Source of the DNA: a virus
Taxonomy: Duplodnaviria; Caudoviricetes
Reading direction: 5' to 3' (one strand)
DNA length: 64,000 nt
Virus record (IMG/VR): IMGVR_UViG_2852743531_000003
Location: 32,001-96,000 of that record
The notes beneath the pieces were generated by a model. That model searched no databases, was not told the DNA's origin, and worked only from the letters and a program-made list of their open reading frames with translations. The translations under genes were made by a program, and so were the position numbers. Of this stretch, positions 41,342 to 50,005 are shown piece after piece (the first letter of the stretch is position 1; every line of letters starts with the position of its first letter).

Positions 41342-42691
41342 TCAGTTGGTAAGTTGTGCACCATCGCGATTCAGGAGCACGCGAACGTCGGCTCCATCGA
41401 GCCGACGCACGTCGATATGTTCGTTCACTGCAAGCGCCGCGGCGTGTCCTATTGCGTGCCCATACGAGAAGCACTGCGCGGTCACGCGCGCCGACGCGAC
41501 GGCTTCGTGCTCAGCCGACAGGCAGCGCCCGGCCACCAGCAGGTTCGTCCCGGACTCGGGTACGAAGCAGCCGAACGGAACCTCGTAGTAGTCGTTGAGC
41601 AGCCACTCGACACGCGGCTTGCTGCCGCTGTGCAGCTCGATCGGCCACGGCGAGCGCGCGATGCCATCACGAAATTTCGTGCCTGCGAGAATGTCCACAT
41701 TGCGCAGCGTGCTGACACCGGCCACCTGACGTGTCTGCCGCACGCCGACCTGCACGCCGGTATCGATGACGAAGCTCGCTTCGCAGCCGGTCAGATAATC
41801 CCGGAAGAAACGCGCGTATTCGCGGACCTGCAGACGGCCCTCGAATTCGGCCTCGGTAAAGTCGCGATGGATCACCGGATTCAGTTCGCGCCCATCGGCG
41901 CCCGTCACGCGCGTGCAGTTGCACAGCAGCTCGCCGGGCTGCGGCGTCGGAAAGAGCCAGATCTTGCCGCGCGGCAACCGGTAGCCCCGTGTGTTGGCTT
42001 GCGCGATCTGCTCCGAGACAGACGGCGGCATGATCGTGTCTGCGCCATACGCCTGAAGGAAACGGGCCACATCGACGCCGCCCAGCCGGAAGATCATCGT
42101 CGGGTTCTGCACGCGGCCGTTGTCGCCAATGGTCGTGCCGAGACCCGCCATGGACACGAGATCCGCATCGCCGCTGGCATCGATCGTCAGCGGCGTAAGC
42201 ACGCGCACCTTGCCCTGCCCGGTATGGAGCTGCGCGCCGCGGATTGCATCGCCCTCCTTCAGCACATCGGTTACCGTCGCGTGATAGATAACCGTCACGC
42301 CGGCATCGCGCAGCATCGCGTCAGCGACCTCCCGCCACACCAGCGGGTCGTGCACAAGCGTCCACGTCTTGCCGTATTTGACCGGCGCGCCAAGTCCGTT
42401 GCGCGCCCTCATCCGCGCGATGAAGTCATCGACGAAGCCGTGTACGACCTGCGTCGGGCCCGCCCCTGATTCCGTTGCCTCGTACAGTCCGCACACCGTG
42501 CCTGATAGGCCGGCGACGGCCCCACCACCGCAGAAGCCGTAGCGCTCTGCGAGCACAACGCGCAAGCCGTTTTTCGCGGCGGTAACTGCGGCCGCAAGCC
42601 CGGCGGCGCCACCGCCCGCGACAAACAGGTCGGCGTCAATTGTCTCCCTCACGCGGTCGTCGACGACCGCCATACCCATGAACTCGCTCAT
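41342..42691 (-). CDS. FAD-dependent oxidoreductase
   Basis: GGGAAG Rossmann motif, IDASGDAD, GVRQTR and NLLVAGRCLS. GGAGGAG RBS before ATG 42691. Confidence 0.9.
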   Translation of the reverse strand: MSEFMGMAVVDDRVRETIDADLFVAGGGAAGLAAAVTAAKNGLRVVLAERYGFCGGGAVAGLSGTVCGLYEATESGAGPTQVVHGFVDDFIARMRARNGLGAPVKYGKTWTLVHDPLVWREVADAMLRDAGVTVIYHATVTDVLKEGDAIRGAQLHTGQGKVRVLTPLTIDASGDADLVSMAGLGTTIGDNGRVQNPTMIFRLGGVDVARFLQAYGADTIMPPSVSEQIAQANTRGYRLPRGKIWLFPTPQPGELLCNCTRVTGADGRELNPVIHRDFTEAEFEGRLQVREYARFFRDYLTGCEASFVIDTGVQVGVRQTRQVAGVSTLRNVDILAGTKFRDGIARSPWPIELHSGSKPRVEWLLNDYYEVPFGCFVPESGTNLLVAGRCLSAEHEAVASARVTAQCFSYGHAIGHAAALAVNEHIDVRRLDGADVRVLLNRDGAQLTN

Positions 42692-42713
42692 CTCTCCTCC
42701 ATCACAATCCATG

Positions 42714-42750
42714 GTTGACACTTTAGATATGGTGGCGATACTCTGTCAAC
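42714..42750. promoter_or_regulatory. overlapping divergent sigma70-type promoters
   Basis: + strand TTGACA (42715-20) N16 GATACT. - strand TTGACA (42749-44) N18 TAAAGT. Together they form the inverted repeat GTTGACA/TGTCAAC. Confidence 0.55.
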
Positions 42751-42804
42751 ATGGTACTAACATATTAGCCAGATACAAGGCTTCACCACCTACAGGAGAC
42801 AGGT

Positions 42805-44136
42805 ATGAGATTACGTGTGGGCTATCGATGGATCATTGCGGTAGTACTGTTTATTGCGTACAGCATCCAGTATCTCGATCGCGTGAAAAGCAGCGTCCTG
42901 AACCCGGCGATCGCGCACGACATCGGCCTCACCACGGCTGACATCGGAACCGGCGCATTCCTGATGCTGCTGTTCTACGGACCGGCGCAGTACGTGTCAG
43001 GGCTGCTGACTGACCGCTTCGGCGCAAAGAAGATGCTGATTTTTTCGGTGGTGGCGTGGTCGGTGATGACCATGTTCATGGGGCTGATCCAGACGCGCGA
43101 TGAATATCTGTGGCGGATGGCGTTATTCGGCGTACTGGTCGGCACGGAGTACGTGCCGTCGGCTCGCGTGCTGATGCGCTGGTTCAACAAGGAAGGGCGG
43201 GCCCGCGCGCAATCGGTGCTGGCCTGGGCGTGGATCCTGACGCCGGCATGGGCGAGTGTGCTCGCGACACAGTTTGCCGCACATGCGAACAGCTGGCGTA
43301 TCGTTTTCTTCGTCACCGGTGCGCTTGGTGTCGTCCCCCTGCTGATGATCATCCTGTTCGTGTACGATCGGCCAGAGCAGTATCGTCATGCAACCGAGGC
43401 CGACCTCGAATACGCGTACCGTGACGAGCTCGAGGCGGGCACGATCCGGCGTGGGGAATATGCGTCAGCGCAAAAGACGATCCTGAAGGCAAGTAGTGTC
43501 CGCTTCCTCGATTTGTTCAAGAATCCTACCTACGTCGCCGTCATCTTTGTCGATATCGTGATGCAGATCACGCTATATGGTGCACTGGTCTGGATTCCGC
43601 TTTATCTTTCCGACACCTTCGGCTTCAAGCTGCAGACGATGGGCTGGTGGAGCAGCCTGTATTTTGCGGCGGGCGCGATCGGCAGCTTCGTGTCGTCCTG
43701 GCTGTCGGACAAGGTCTTCAGGGGCAACCGGAAGATCATGATCCTCGTGTGCTTCATCGGTCTCGCACCGTTTGTCGTTCTGCTCGGCACGCTGCAGCAC
43801 GCGAATCACATGCTGCTTGCGGTGGCGCTGTGTGGCATGGGCTTCTTCGGCAACATGGCATGGGGGCCGTTCCTCGCGCTGCCGGCGGAGATTTTCACGC
43901 CTGAGGTCTACGGAAAGGCGATGGGCTTTGTGAACGGCGCCGGCTATTTCGTTGCCGCATTCTCGGCGAAAATCTTTGCCGCGCTGGTGATGGTCGATGC
44001 ACTGGGCCACAAGGACTACACCTACGGGTGGTACTTCATCGCACTTTGCGTGGTGGCCGGGATCGTGGCGGCCAGCAGGATCAGGTCGACGCGCAAACCG
44101 GATCAACGGGTGAAGCAGGTGGCGGCGAGTCTTTAG
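42805..44136 (+). CDS. MFS transporter (anion:cation symporter-like)
   Basis: YRWII...IQYLDR, GLLTDRFGAK and WFNKEGRARA, about 12 hydrophobic segments. AGGAG RBS. Confidence 0.92.
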   Translation: MRLRVGYRWIIAVVLFIAYSIQYLDRVKSSVLNPAIAHDIGLTTADIGTGAFLMLLFYGPAQYVSGLLTDRFGAKKMLIFSVVAWSVMTMFMGLIQTRDEYLWRMALFGVLVGTEYVPSARVLMRWFNKEGRARAQSVLAWAWILTPAWASVLATQFAAHANSWRIVFFVTGALGVVPLLMIILFVYDRPEQYRHATEADLEYAYRDELEAGTIRRGEYASAQKTILKASSVRFLDLFKNPTYVAVIFVDIVMQITLYGALVWIPLYLSDTFGFKLQTMGWWSSLYFAAGAIGSFVSSWLSDKVFRGNRKIMILVCFIGLAPFVVLLGTLQHANHMLLAVALCGMGFFGNMAWGPFLALPAEIFTPEVYGKAMGFVNGAGYFVAAFSAKIFAALVMVDALGHKDYTYGWYFIALCVVAGIVAASRIRSTRKPDQRVKQVAASL

Positions 44137-44179
44137 CACATCAGCAGTACATCCGTATCTTCAACCGGCTGAGCGATAA

Positions 44180-44250
44180 AGCGGGTGAAGGGAATCGAAC
44201 CCTCATCGAGAGTCCGGCATGGCTCTACCCTATCCCTAGGCTACACCAGC
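44180..44250 (-). tRNA. degenerate tRNA-Gly(GCC)-like pseudo-tRNA
   Basis: Minus strand reads GCTGGTGTAGCCTAGGGATAGGGTAGAGCCATGCCGGACTCTCGATGAGGGTTCGATTCCCTTCACCCGCT: acceptor stem 6/7, canonical T arm, TGCC in an irregular anticodon loop, U discriminator, no CCA. Confidence 0.55.
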
Positions 44251-44292
44251 GGATGACCCCCGCTTAAGCATCCGCAATCGCGGAAGACCAAG

Positions 44293-44326
44293 AGGCCCAG
44301 CGATCCCACATCGCCGGGCCTTTTTT
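44293..44326 (+). terminator. intrinsic terminator
   Basis: Imperfect stem AGGCCCAGCGAT-CCCAC-ATCGCCGGGCCT followed by a T run. Confidence 0.7.
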
Positions 44327-44532
44327 CATGGCGCTCGCACGTGAAGCATGTCAGCTAACGCCATATGGCCCGCAGCATATCGGACTGGCTATCCCGATGT
44401 AATAGAAGAATGTCGAACCTTGCACGGATATCTGATCGTGCGCAGCGGTTTCAGATGTCATGCCATCTCCCAGGCTAACCGGCAGGCCCACCTCCCAAAT
44501 TCTATGTCCTGAACATCGCGCGAGGCCCGGTC

Positions 44533-45288
44533 ATGACCAACTATGTGCGCTTTGGCCTCACGGCACTGAACGGCATGAACAAATCGGGCACCCTCAAGCC
44601 CGACGCCAACGGCTACTATCCCGTGGTCCTCGGCGGGTTGAACATGTTCAACTCGGTCAACCAGTACTACCCCTACGAGCCGGCCAGGGAGTTTTTCGAG
44701 GGTTCCAGCCAGTTCATGCGGCGCGTGCATTCCGGCAACCTGCGCGGCGAATATGGTCATCCGCGACGTTTGCCTGGCCAGAACATCGAAGATTACGCCC
44801 GGCGCATTCTCGATATCGACGTCAACAACGTTTCGCATCATATTGCCGAAGTCACGCTCGATTTCGAAAACTACAAGGACCCCGAAGGTCGCAACATCAT
44901 CGCGATCCTCGGACAGGTCAAACCTTCCGGCCCCCAGGGCGCCCATCTGAAAAACTCGCTCGACAACCCGAAGGAGAACGTGTGCTTCTCGATACGCTCC
45001 TTCACGCTTGACGTGCCAGTCGGGCGCACCGTGCGGCGCGAGCTCAGGAACGTGGTGACGTGGGACTACGTCAACGAGCCGGGGCTTTTCATCGCGAGTA
45101 AATTCAATTCGCCCGCGCTCGAGGAAATTGACGAGGCAATGTTTTCCAGGCCGCAGCTGGATCGCGCAGTCGCTGCGGCAAACGCCACGAATATCGGCAT
45201 GGAATCAGCCCAGCTGACCCTGGACGATCTCTATCAGTCGCTTGGATGGCTCACCGAAACCGTCACCCCGCCGTGGCTCGGATGGTAA
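44533..45288 (+). CDS. prohead (head maturation) serine protease (phiKZ gp175-like)
   Basis: LRGEYGHP (His), FSIRS (Ser), TWDYVNEPG. C-terminal SPALE and GMES are candidate autocleavage sites. Confidence 0.85.
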   Translation: MTNYVRFGLTALNGMNKSGTLKPDANGYYPVVLGGLNMFNSVNQYYPYEPAREFFEGSSQFMRRVHSGNLRGEYGHPRRLPGQNIEDYARRILDIDVNNVSHHIAEVTLDFENYKDPEGRNIIAILGQVKPSGPQGAHLKNSLDNPKENVCFSIRSFTLDVPVGRTVRRELRNVVTWDYVNEPGLFIASKFNSPALEEIDEAMFSRPQLDRAVAAANATNIGMESAQLTLDDLYQSLGWLTETVTPPWLGW

Positions 45289-45304
45289 CTATACTGAATT
45301 AAAT

Positions 45305-45333
45305 GGGGCTGGCGCAGCCGGCCCCTATGCCGT
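45305..45333. terminator. hairpin ending in CTATGCCG (CGGCATAG on the minus strand)
   Basis: GGGGCTGGC-GCA-GCCGGCCCC just downstream of the protease gene. Confidence 0.5.
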
Positions 45334-45366
45334 CCACCGTTCGCTCCACCCCGATTCAATCCAGTT

Positions 45367-45381
45367 TGAACCCTATATCAC
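45367..45381 (+). promoter_or_regulatory. phiKZ-type early promoter (TGAACCCTATATCAC)
   Basis: 13/15 match to the 9477 motif. Heads a run of small co-directional ORFs. Confidence 0.55.
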
Positions 45382-45474
45382 TGCACTGAGCCGCAAGTGG
45401 AAATCTGGCATGGAAAATTCTTACCGCGCCGAAATTTCCTATGCAGTGAATTCTTTCCTTCAACTGGAACACGT

Positions 45475-46014
45475 ATGGACACCGTCACCGTAACCGAACA
45501 CGTTGAACCCGTATTCATTTTCAAGGCACAGGAATACCGGCTCGAGGCCCTCAAGGCACAACTGCCGCGCGCACCGCTGGTTGAAATCAGCACGGCGGAC
45601 CTCAATCCGCCGGGAGTCGGGGAAGGTCCGTTTCAGGTGCAGTTCTTTTCCGGTGCAATGGATGGTGCGGGCGAGGAGGTCACGTTCTTCAGGCAGGAGG
45701 GCAAATTCACCGTCCTGCTGGGTCAGTCATATGTCCAGGCGCCGCTCAAAGACGGGACCCGGCACGTGCGCGGCCGCATCATTTCAAGCCCTGCGCTCAA
45801 GCGCGCCAGAATCGGATCGCCTTTCATCGAAGGATCCGCGCAGGCGCTGCAGGAACCCGTGCGCGAGCCTGTCGCCGTTCAGACCCCGGCTAATCGCCGC
45901 AACACCGGTCTAGCACGCACTGAACCTCGGCGCTGGCACACGAACCCGCGTCCACGGAATGGCGCTGGCGCCCGCGGGCAATCCGCAACGTCACGCTATC
46001 GCAAGGGAGGCTAA
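45475..46014 (+). CDS. hypothetical phage protein
   Basis: Likely start MDTVTV. Globular N-terminal part and Arg-rich tail. Confidence 0.6.
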   Translation: MDTVTVTEHVEPVFIFKAQEYRLEALKAQLPRAPLVEISTADLNPPGVGEGPFQVQFFSGAMDGAGEEVTFFRQEGKFTVLLGQSYVQAPLKDGTRHVRGRIISSPALKRARIGSPFIEGSAQALQEPVREPVAVQTPANRRNTGLARTEPRRWHTNPRPRNGAGARGQSATSRYRKGG

Positions 46015-46105
46015 CCGGACCACTATCACGGCGCCCCATGTTCACCGCCTCAGGCCCGGACCGAATCCCGGCCAGCCCATCTCTTCATTACCAGGAAATC
46101 CAGCA

Positions 46106-46573
46106 ATGAGCACAACCACACTGAGCCCTGACAAGCATGCGACATCCGCCGCGATCAGGAAGGATCTGAAGGTCAACGAAAAGGGCAGGACCGAGGTGCC
46201 CGACGACCTCTACGAAAAGCACCTGCCAGACGGCATCACCATCGAGACCGTCAATCGTCTCCACGAGCACAATCGCACCTTCTTTCTTGCAAGCCTCGAA
46301 GCCTTCGGAGAAGTCTCCGAAAGCGCGCTGAAGAAGCACAAGGATATCGATCGCACGTCAATGCAGATCAACGCAGGCGATGGTGCGCGTTTTTCGGCGC
46401 AGTATGCCCGATCGGTCAAGCGGGCTGCGACCGGCGAGGATGGCAAGGTCGGCAGCGAAACGACCTACGGCGCGCTCACCGGCAAGTACGTAATCAAGGG
46501 CGGCAATGCGGACGACTACAACGCCGTCAAGGAGCGGTTTGCGAAGCAGGCAAAGAAGCTGTTCGCGGAATAG
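46106..46573 (+). CDS. hypothetical phage protein
   Basis: 155 aa from MSTTTL, AGGA upstream, followed by a strong terminator. Confidence 0.7.
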   Translation: MSTTTLSPDKHATSAAIRKDLKVNEKGRTEVPDDLYEKHLPDGITIETVNRLHEHNRTFFLASLEAFGEVSESALKKHKDIDRTSMQINAGDGARFSAQYARSVKRAATGEDGKVGSETTYGALTGKYVIKGGNADDYNAVKERFAKQAKKLFAE

Positions 46574-46601
46574 ATCGCTACACGAGGGATCGCTACACGA
46601 G
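46573..46601 (+). repeat. 14-bp direct repeat GATCGCTACACGAG x2
   Basis: Copies at 46573-46586 and 46588-46601. Confidence 0.8.
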
Positions 46602-46604
46602 TCT

Positions 46605-46639
46605 GGCGGGATGGGCTTTCCCATCCCGCCTTTCTTTTT
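46605..46639 (+). terminator. intrinsic terminator
   Basis: Perfect 11-bp stem GGCGGGATGGG/CCCATCCCGCC plus T-rich tail. Confidence 0.85.
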
Positions 46640-46697
46640 GCCCTTCTTCTTTCCGACTCTCATAGCCGGATCTCGTCAATTTTCACCGGAGTCAACA

Positions 46698-47153
46698 ATG
46701 CCAGTCGTCGTCACAGGGGAGTTTTTCAAGAAGGATGTGCATGCGCCCATGCAGACGCATTGCCGCCTCGATGGCGGTCCCCGTCTAAAGCGCGCCGTGC
46801 GCGTCGTCCTGATACGCAAGGCCAATACGCAGCGCTGGGTGGGCCTCGTGTCGGATAGTCCGGCGCAGGTTGGGGTATCGGTCTCGAACGCCGCTCAGGA
46901 GTACATCGAGGCCGCCTGCAGGCTCCCGTCCCGGCCACTTTTCCCCACATCCGTCGCATGGTTTCAGCGAGACTCGCAAGGAAGCTTCGATCGGCTTCAG
47001 TATTCCGGCAATGGTGTCGGGTTCACGGAACTGCAGATGCCAAACGTTCCTGCGCGAAGCTATGAGGCGATGGCCGCGGCCTTCCAGCACGAAGGCATCG
47101 ATGCGGATAACGCGTACGTGTCTGAAGCAATTCGTTGGGCACTCACTGACTGA
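46698..47153 (+). CDS. hypothetical protein
   Basis: Start MPVVV after GGAG. 151 aa. Confidence 0.55.
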   Translation: MPVVVTGEFFKKDVHAPMQTHCRLDGGPRLKRAVRVVLIRKANTQRWVGLVSDSPAQVGVSVSNAAQEYIEAACRLPSRPLFPTSVAWFQRDSQGSFDRLQYSGNGVGFTELQMPNVPARSYEAMAAAFQHEGIDADNAYVSEAIRWALTD

Positions 47154-47203
47154 TCATGCTCGTTGACAGTGCGCCGCCATGCCTTGCTGGCATGGGAGTA
47201 GGC

Positions 47204-47422
47204 ATGACACAAAACATCCTCACCGTTCTCGCCATTCTTCTGTGGTGCCTGATCGGCACCGTACGTCTGAATCGCATCCCCCTTCTCTCCGACGCCCGTC
47301 TCTACGCCAGGTACCGTCACGGCCCAGCTATCAACCAGCTTGTGATCGTGATTGTTCTCATCGCGCTCTGGCCAGCAAGCAGGCCCATCAGCGCATGGTT
47401 GACGAGCCGGATATCTCATTAG
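47204..47422 (+). CDS. small two-TM membrane protein
   Basis: MTQNILTVLAILLWCLIG and LVIVIVLIALW hydrophobic segments. GGAG upstream. Confidence 0.45.
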   Translation: MTQNILTVLAILLWCLIGTVRLNRIPLLSDARLYARYRHGPAINQLVIVIVLIALWPASRPISAWLTSRISH

Positions 47423-47482
47423 CCTCGCGGCGACACAAGGCCGCGACTTCCCTTCTGCACCCATCCAAACAGGAAACATGCC

Positions 47483-47983
47483 ATGTCCATGCTCGACAGG
47501 AAAGAGGTGGATCAACTCTTCCTCGCGCACAGCACCTTCATCGTGCCGGCGGACGGCCGCGGCTCACACGCCGTCATGTCCGTCGACCAGTTTCACGCGG
47601 CAATCGCGCAACTTGAATCGTCACTGCAGGCACACCAGCCCGTGGCCCCCGAAGCTGCAGGTGTTGTGAAGCTGCCCGACGGCAGCGCCTGCGCAATCGT
47701 GAGTCTTCCGCTACCAAAGGACCACTGGCTTTACGCGCCACACACCTACTCCGCGAACAGGCCTGGCCACGAGCCTGACGAGTTACGCGAGCCGGTACTG
47801 GGACCGCAATACCGTGATGCTGTCGTGGCCGCTGCGCGCTATGCGGTTCGCGCTGCAACGATGTGCGGCCAAGAGCCCGATTTCGATCCTGACGCGCTCG
47901 TACGCAATACCGTCTGCGCGCTCTGTGGTCCATACGCTCACGGCTCGCTCGCCAGGGATGACCGCACGCCCTCATCCACCTGA
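47483..47983 (+). CDS. hypothetical phage protein
   Basis: LPDGS...LPLPKDHWLY...AARYAVRAATMCGQEPDFDPDA resembles a domain seen in temperate-phage early proteins. Confidence 0.6.
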   Translation: MSMLDRKEVDQLFLAHSTFIVPADGRGSHAVMSVDQFHAAIAQLESSLQAHQPVAPEAAGVVKLPDGSACAIVSLPLPKDHWLYAPHTYSANRPGHEPDELREPVLGPQYRDAVVAAARYAVRAATMCGQEPDFDPDALVRNTVCALCGPYAHGSLARDDRTPSST

Positions 47984-48038
47984 TCACAACGCACCGCGAA
48001 GCAGCCCTGGCCGGCTTTCCGATCCTTCACAAGGGCCT

Positions 48039-48494
48039 ATGCCATCCCACCTCGTCATCATGGCGTGTTCCGCAACCAAGGGCGTGGTCGCTGCACCCGC
48101 AGTTGATCTCTACCAGGGCGTGATGTATTCGACATTGCGTGCGAACATGCCTGCACGGCCACCGCCCATTCTCATCCTGTCGGCAAGGCACGGCTTCGTC
48201 CTGCCAGACCAGCTTATTGGGCCCTATGAACAGCGGATGACGGAGGCACGTGCCAGCGAAATGCTCGCAAACCTGCCCGCCTTCGACACGGTCCAGTGGC
48301 CCTCAGATCCGGGCTCAATACTGTTAGCCGGTGGAGCAGCCTACCGGCGCGTAATGCGGGCGGCTATCCAGCGCCGTGTCCATCTCGGCCTGATCCCGGC
48401 CACCGCAACGACGGTCGAGACGACGGGCAGCATTGGCTATCAGCGGGCGCAGCTAGGTGCGTATCTGAGGTCCATGGCAGCGGGCGACGCATGA
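48039..48494 (+). CDS. DUF6884-like protein
   Basis: LVIMACSATK, PAVDLYQG, ILSARHG, IGPYEQRM and GSIGYQ. Confidence 0.6.
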   Translation: MPSHLVIMACSATKGVVAAPAVDLYQGVMYSTLRANMPARPPPILILSARHGFVLPDQLIGPYEQRMTEARASEMLANLPAFDTVQWPSDPGSILLAGGAAYRRVMRAAIQRRVHLGLIPATATTVETTGSIGYQRAQLGAYLRSMAAGDA

Positions 48495-48564
48495 CATCCG
48501 ACCCTGCATTCTGCCGGTTACAAGGGCGCATCAAAATTTAATGTACCTCATTGAAAGACACCGC

Positions 48565-48837
48565 ATGAAAACCATCACCATGCCGGTCATCGCGACCTGC
48601 CACATCACCCGGGCAACCGACCGGCTTCTGCAGGACGAAGGCGACCGCAACCCATGGACCATTGCCGCACCGTATGACGAAGGCGTTTTCATTTACGTCC
48701 AGTCCGAAGATGGGGAAGGCCAACCCGCGGAACTGGGTGATATCTTTGCCTGGGCCCGCAGGCACGGCCACGAGTGGGTTTGCATCGACGCGGCCGGAGA
48801 CGTCGTCGACGGGCTTCCGTTGTACGACTGGGACTGA
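48565..48837 (+). CDS. small conserved mobile-element protein (DUF5983-like)
   Basis: IATCHI...YDEGVFIYV...WARRHGHEWVCIDAAGDVVDGLPLYDW. Confidence 0.55.
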   Translation: MKTITMPVIATCHITRATDRLLQDEGDRNPWTIAAPYDEGVFIYVQSEDGEGQPAELGDIFAWARRHGHEWVCIDAAGDVVDGLPLYDWD

Positions 48838-48887
48838 CGCCAGGCGGGAAGCACGACAGGCACATCGTTTACAGATCATTTTCCAGA

Positions 48888-48940
48888 CGGCATAGTGCCC
48901 TCCCCATTGGGGAGGGCACTGATCACCTTTCTTTTTTTCT
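48888..48940. terminator. CGGCATAG-led terminator hairpin between convergent genes
   Basis: Perfect 12-bp stem AGTGCCCTCCCC-ATT-GGGGAGGGCACT with a downstream T tract. Confidence 0.75.
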
Positions 48941-48958
48941 TAACCCCAACCACCGCAA

Positions 48959-49933
48959 TCAGGACGTCACTGCGCTGCTTGGCGGCGTATTGACCGCGGC
49001 GAGCGCCGCGGCCGCGAGCGCGGCCGTCACATCCTGTCCTGTGGGCAGCACCGAGGTCGGGCTAACCTGATTCGCCGCGATCTGCGCGATCTCGTTCTGG
49101 TAGCCGGTCGTCGTGGCAGCCACATCCGGGTTGATCGCGTTGATGAACGCGTTCTGCGTGTAGGGATTGGCGTTCACGATGCTGATCGAGCTGAGCACCT
49201 GCTGTGCGAACGCATCCACCCCCAGACTCCATTGCGCGATGCCCGAGTAGGTAATGTCGACTGTCAGGTTCTCGAGCGCACTGGCCTGATCGCGCGAGCC
49301 CAGGATGTCACCGGTGCCCGTCGGGTACATGTTGGTCACGAGCCACGACTTCACCACCCGCGTATGTGTCGGGTCAGGCTCCATGAACAGCATCGTCGCC
49401 GAGTACATGTCAGCGAGCATGTCCGGTGGCGGACTCATGCCCGTGATGCCAGAGAGCGTGGCAATATTCGCAAACTTGGTGTCAGGGTCCATCATGAGAT
49501 TCGTGATCCACCCCTGATGAAACATCGACACCGGCATGCCGTATTTCTCGTTCCAGCTGAACTGAGGCTGCGAACGCTCGCGTTTGACATCCGTGAAGTC
49601 CTGCTGCATGTTCCCGCCGCCACCGACTGGCGTCTCCGCCATCTCCACCGTCAGGTGTGCGTTCAGGCCTGTGATACGCAGCGCGTGCAGCTCCACGAGC
49701 GCGCGCAGGGTGCCGATCCATACGTCCGGATTTGGCAGGTAGCTGAAACCCAGCGGAGCCTCGACCAGAATGCAGATCAGGTTGCGCCGGACGTACTGCT
49801 GGTTGCTGACCCACTGAACGTAGTTCGGAACGAACCCCATCTGACCACCAAAGCGGGGATCAAGCATCGGGTTGTTATGACCTTGCGCGAAACCGAACTG
49901 GTTTTGCAGAATCGCATTTGCGACGCGCCCCAT
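48959..49933 (-). CDS. tail tube / major virion protein (phiKZ gp30-like)
   Basis: GGQMG...YVRRNLIC...WNEKYG...EPDPTH..VVKSWLVTNMYP. Directly downstream of the sheath gene. Confidence 0.75.
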   Translation of the reverse strand: MGRVANAILQNQFGFAQGHNNPMLDPRFGGQMGFVPNYVQWVSNQQYVRRNLICILVEAPLGFSYLPNPDVWIGTLRALVELHALRITGLNAHLTVEMAETPVGGGGNMQQDFTDVKRERSQPQFSWNEKYGMPVSMFHQGWITNLMMDPDTKFANIATLSGITGMSPPPDMLADMYSATMLFMEPDPTHTRVVKSWLVTNMYPTGTGDILGSRDQASALENLTVDITYSGIAQWSLGVDAFAQQVLSSISIVNANPYTQNAFINAINPDVAATTTGYQNEIAQIAANQVSPTSVLPTGQDVTAALAAAALAAVNTPPSSAVTS

Positions 49934-50005
49934 GACCGTATCTCCCTTTGCTCAGCATTGCTTACCGTTGCAGACGCTTCCCCAACGGGGCGAACTGGCT
50001 TGCGC

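Noticed and set aside
48960-49040. Imperfect inverted repeat at the tail tube 3' end (QDVTA readable on both strands)
   Set aside because: Explained by Ala-rich GC codons. The pairing is weak and there is no supporting context.
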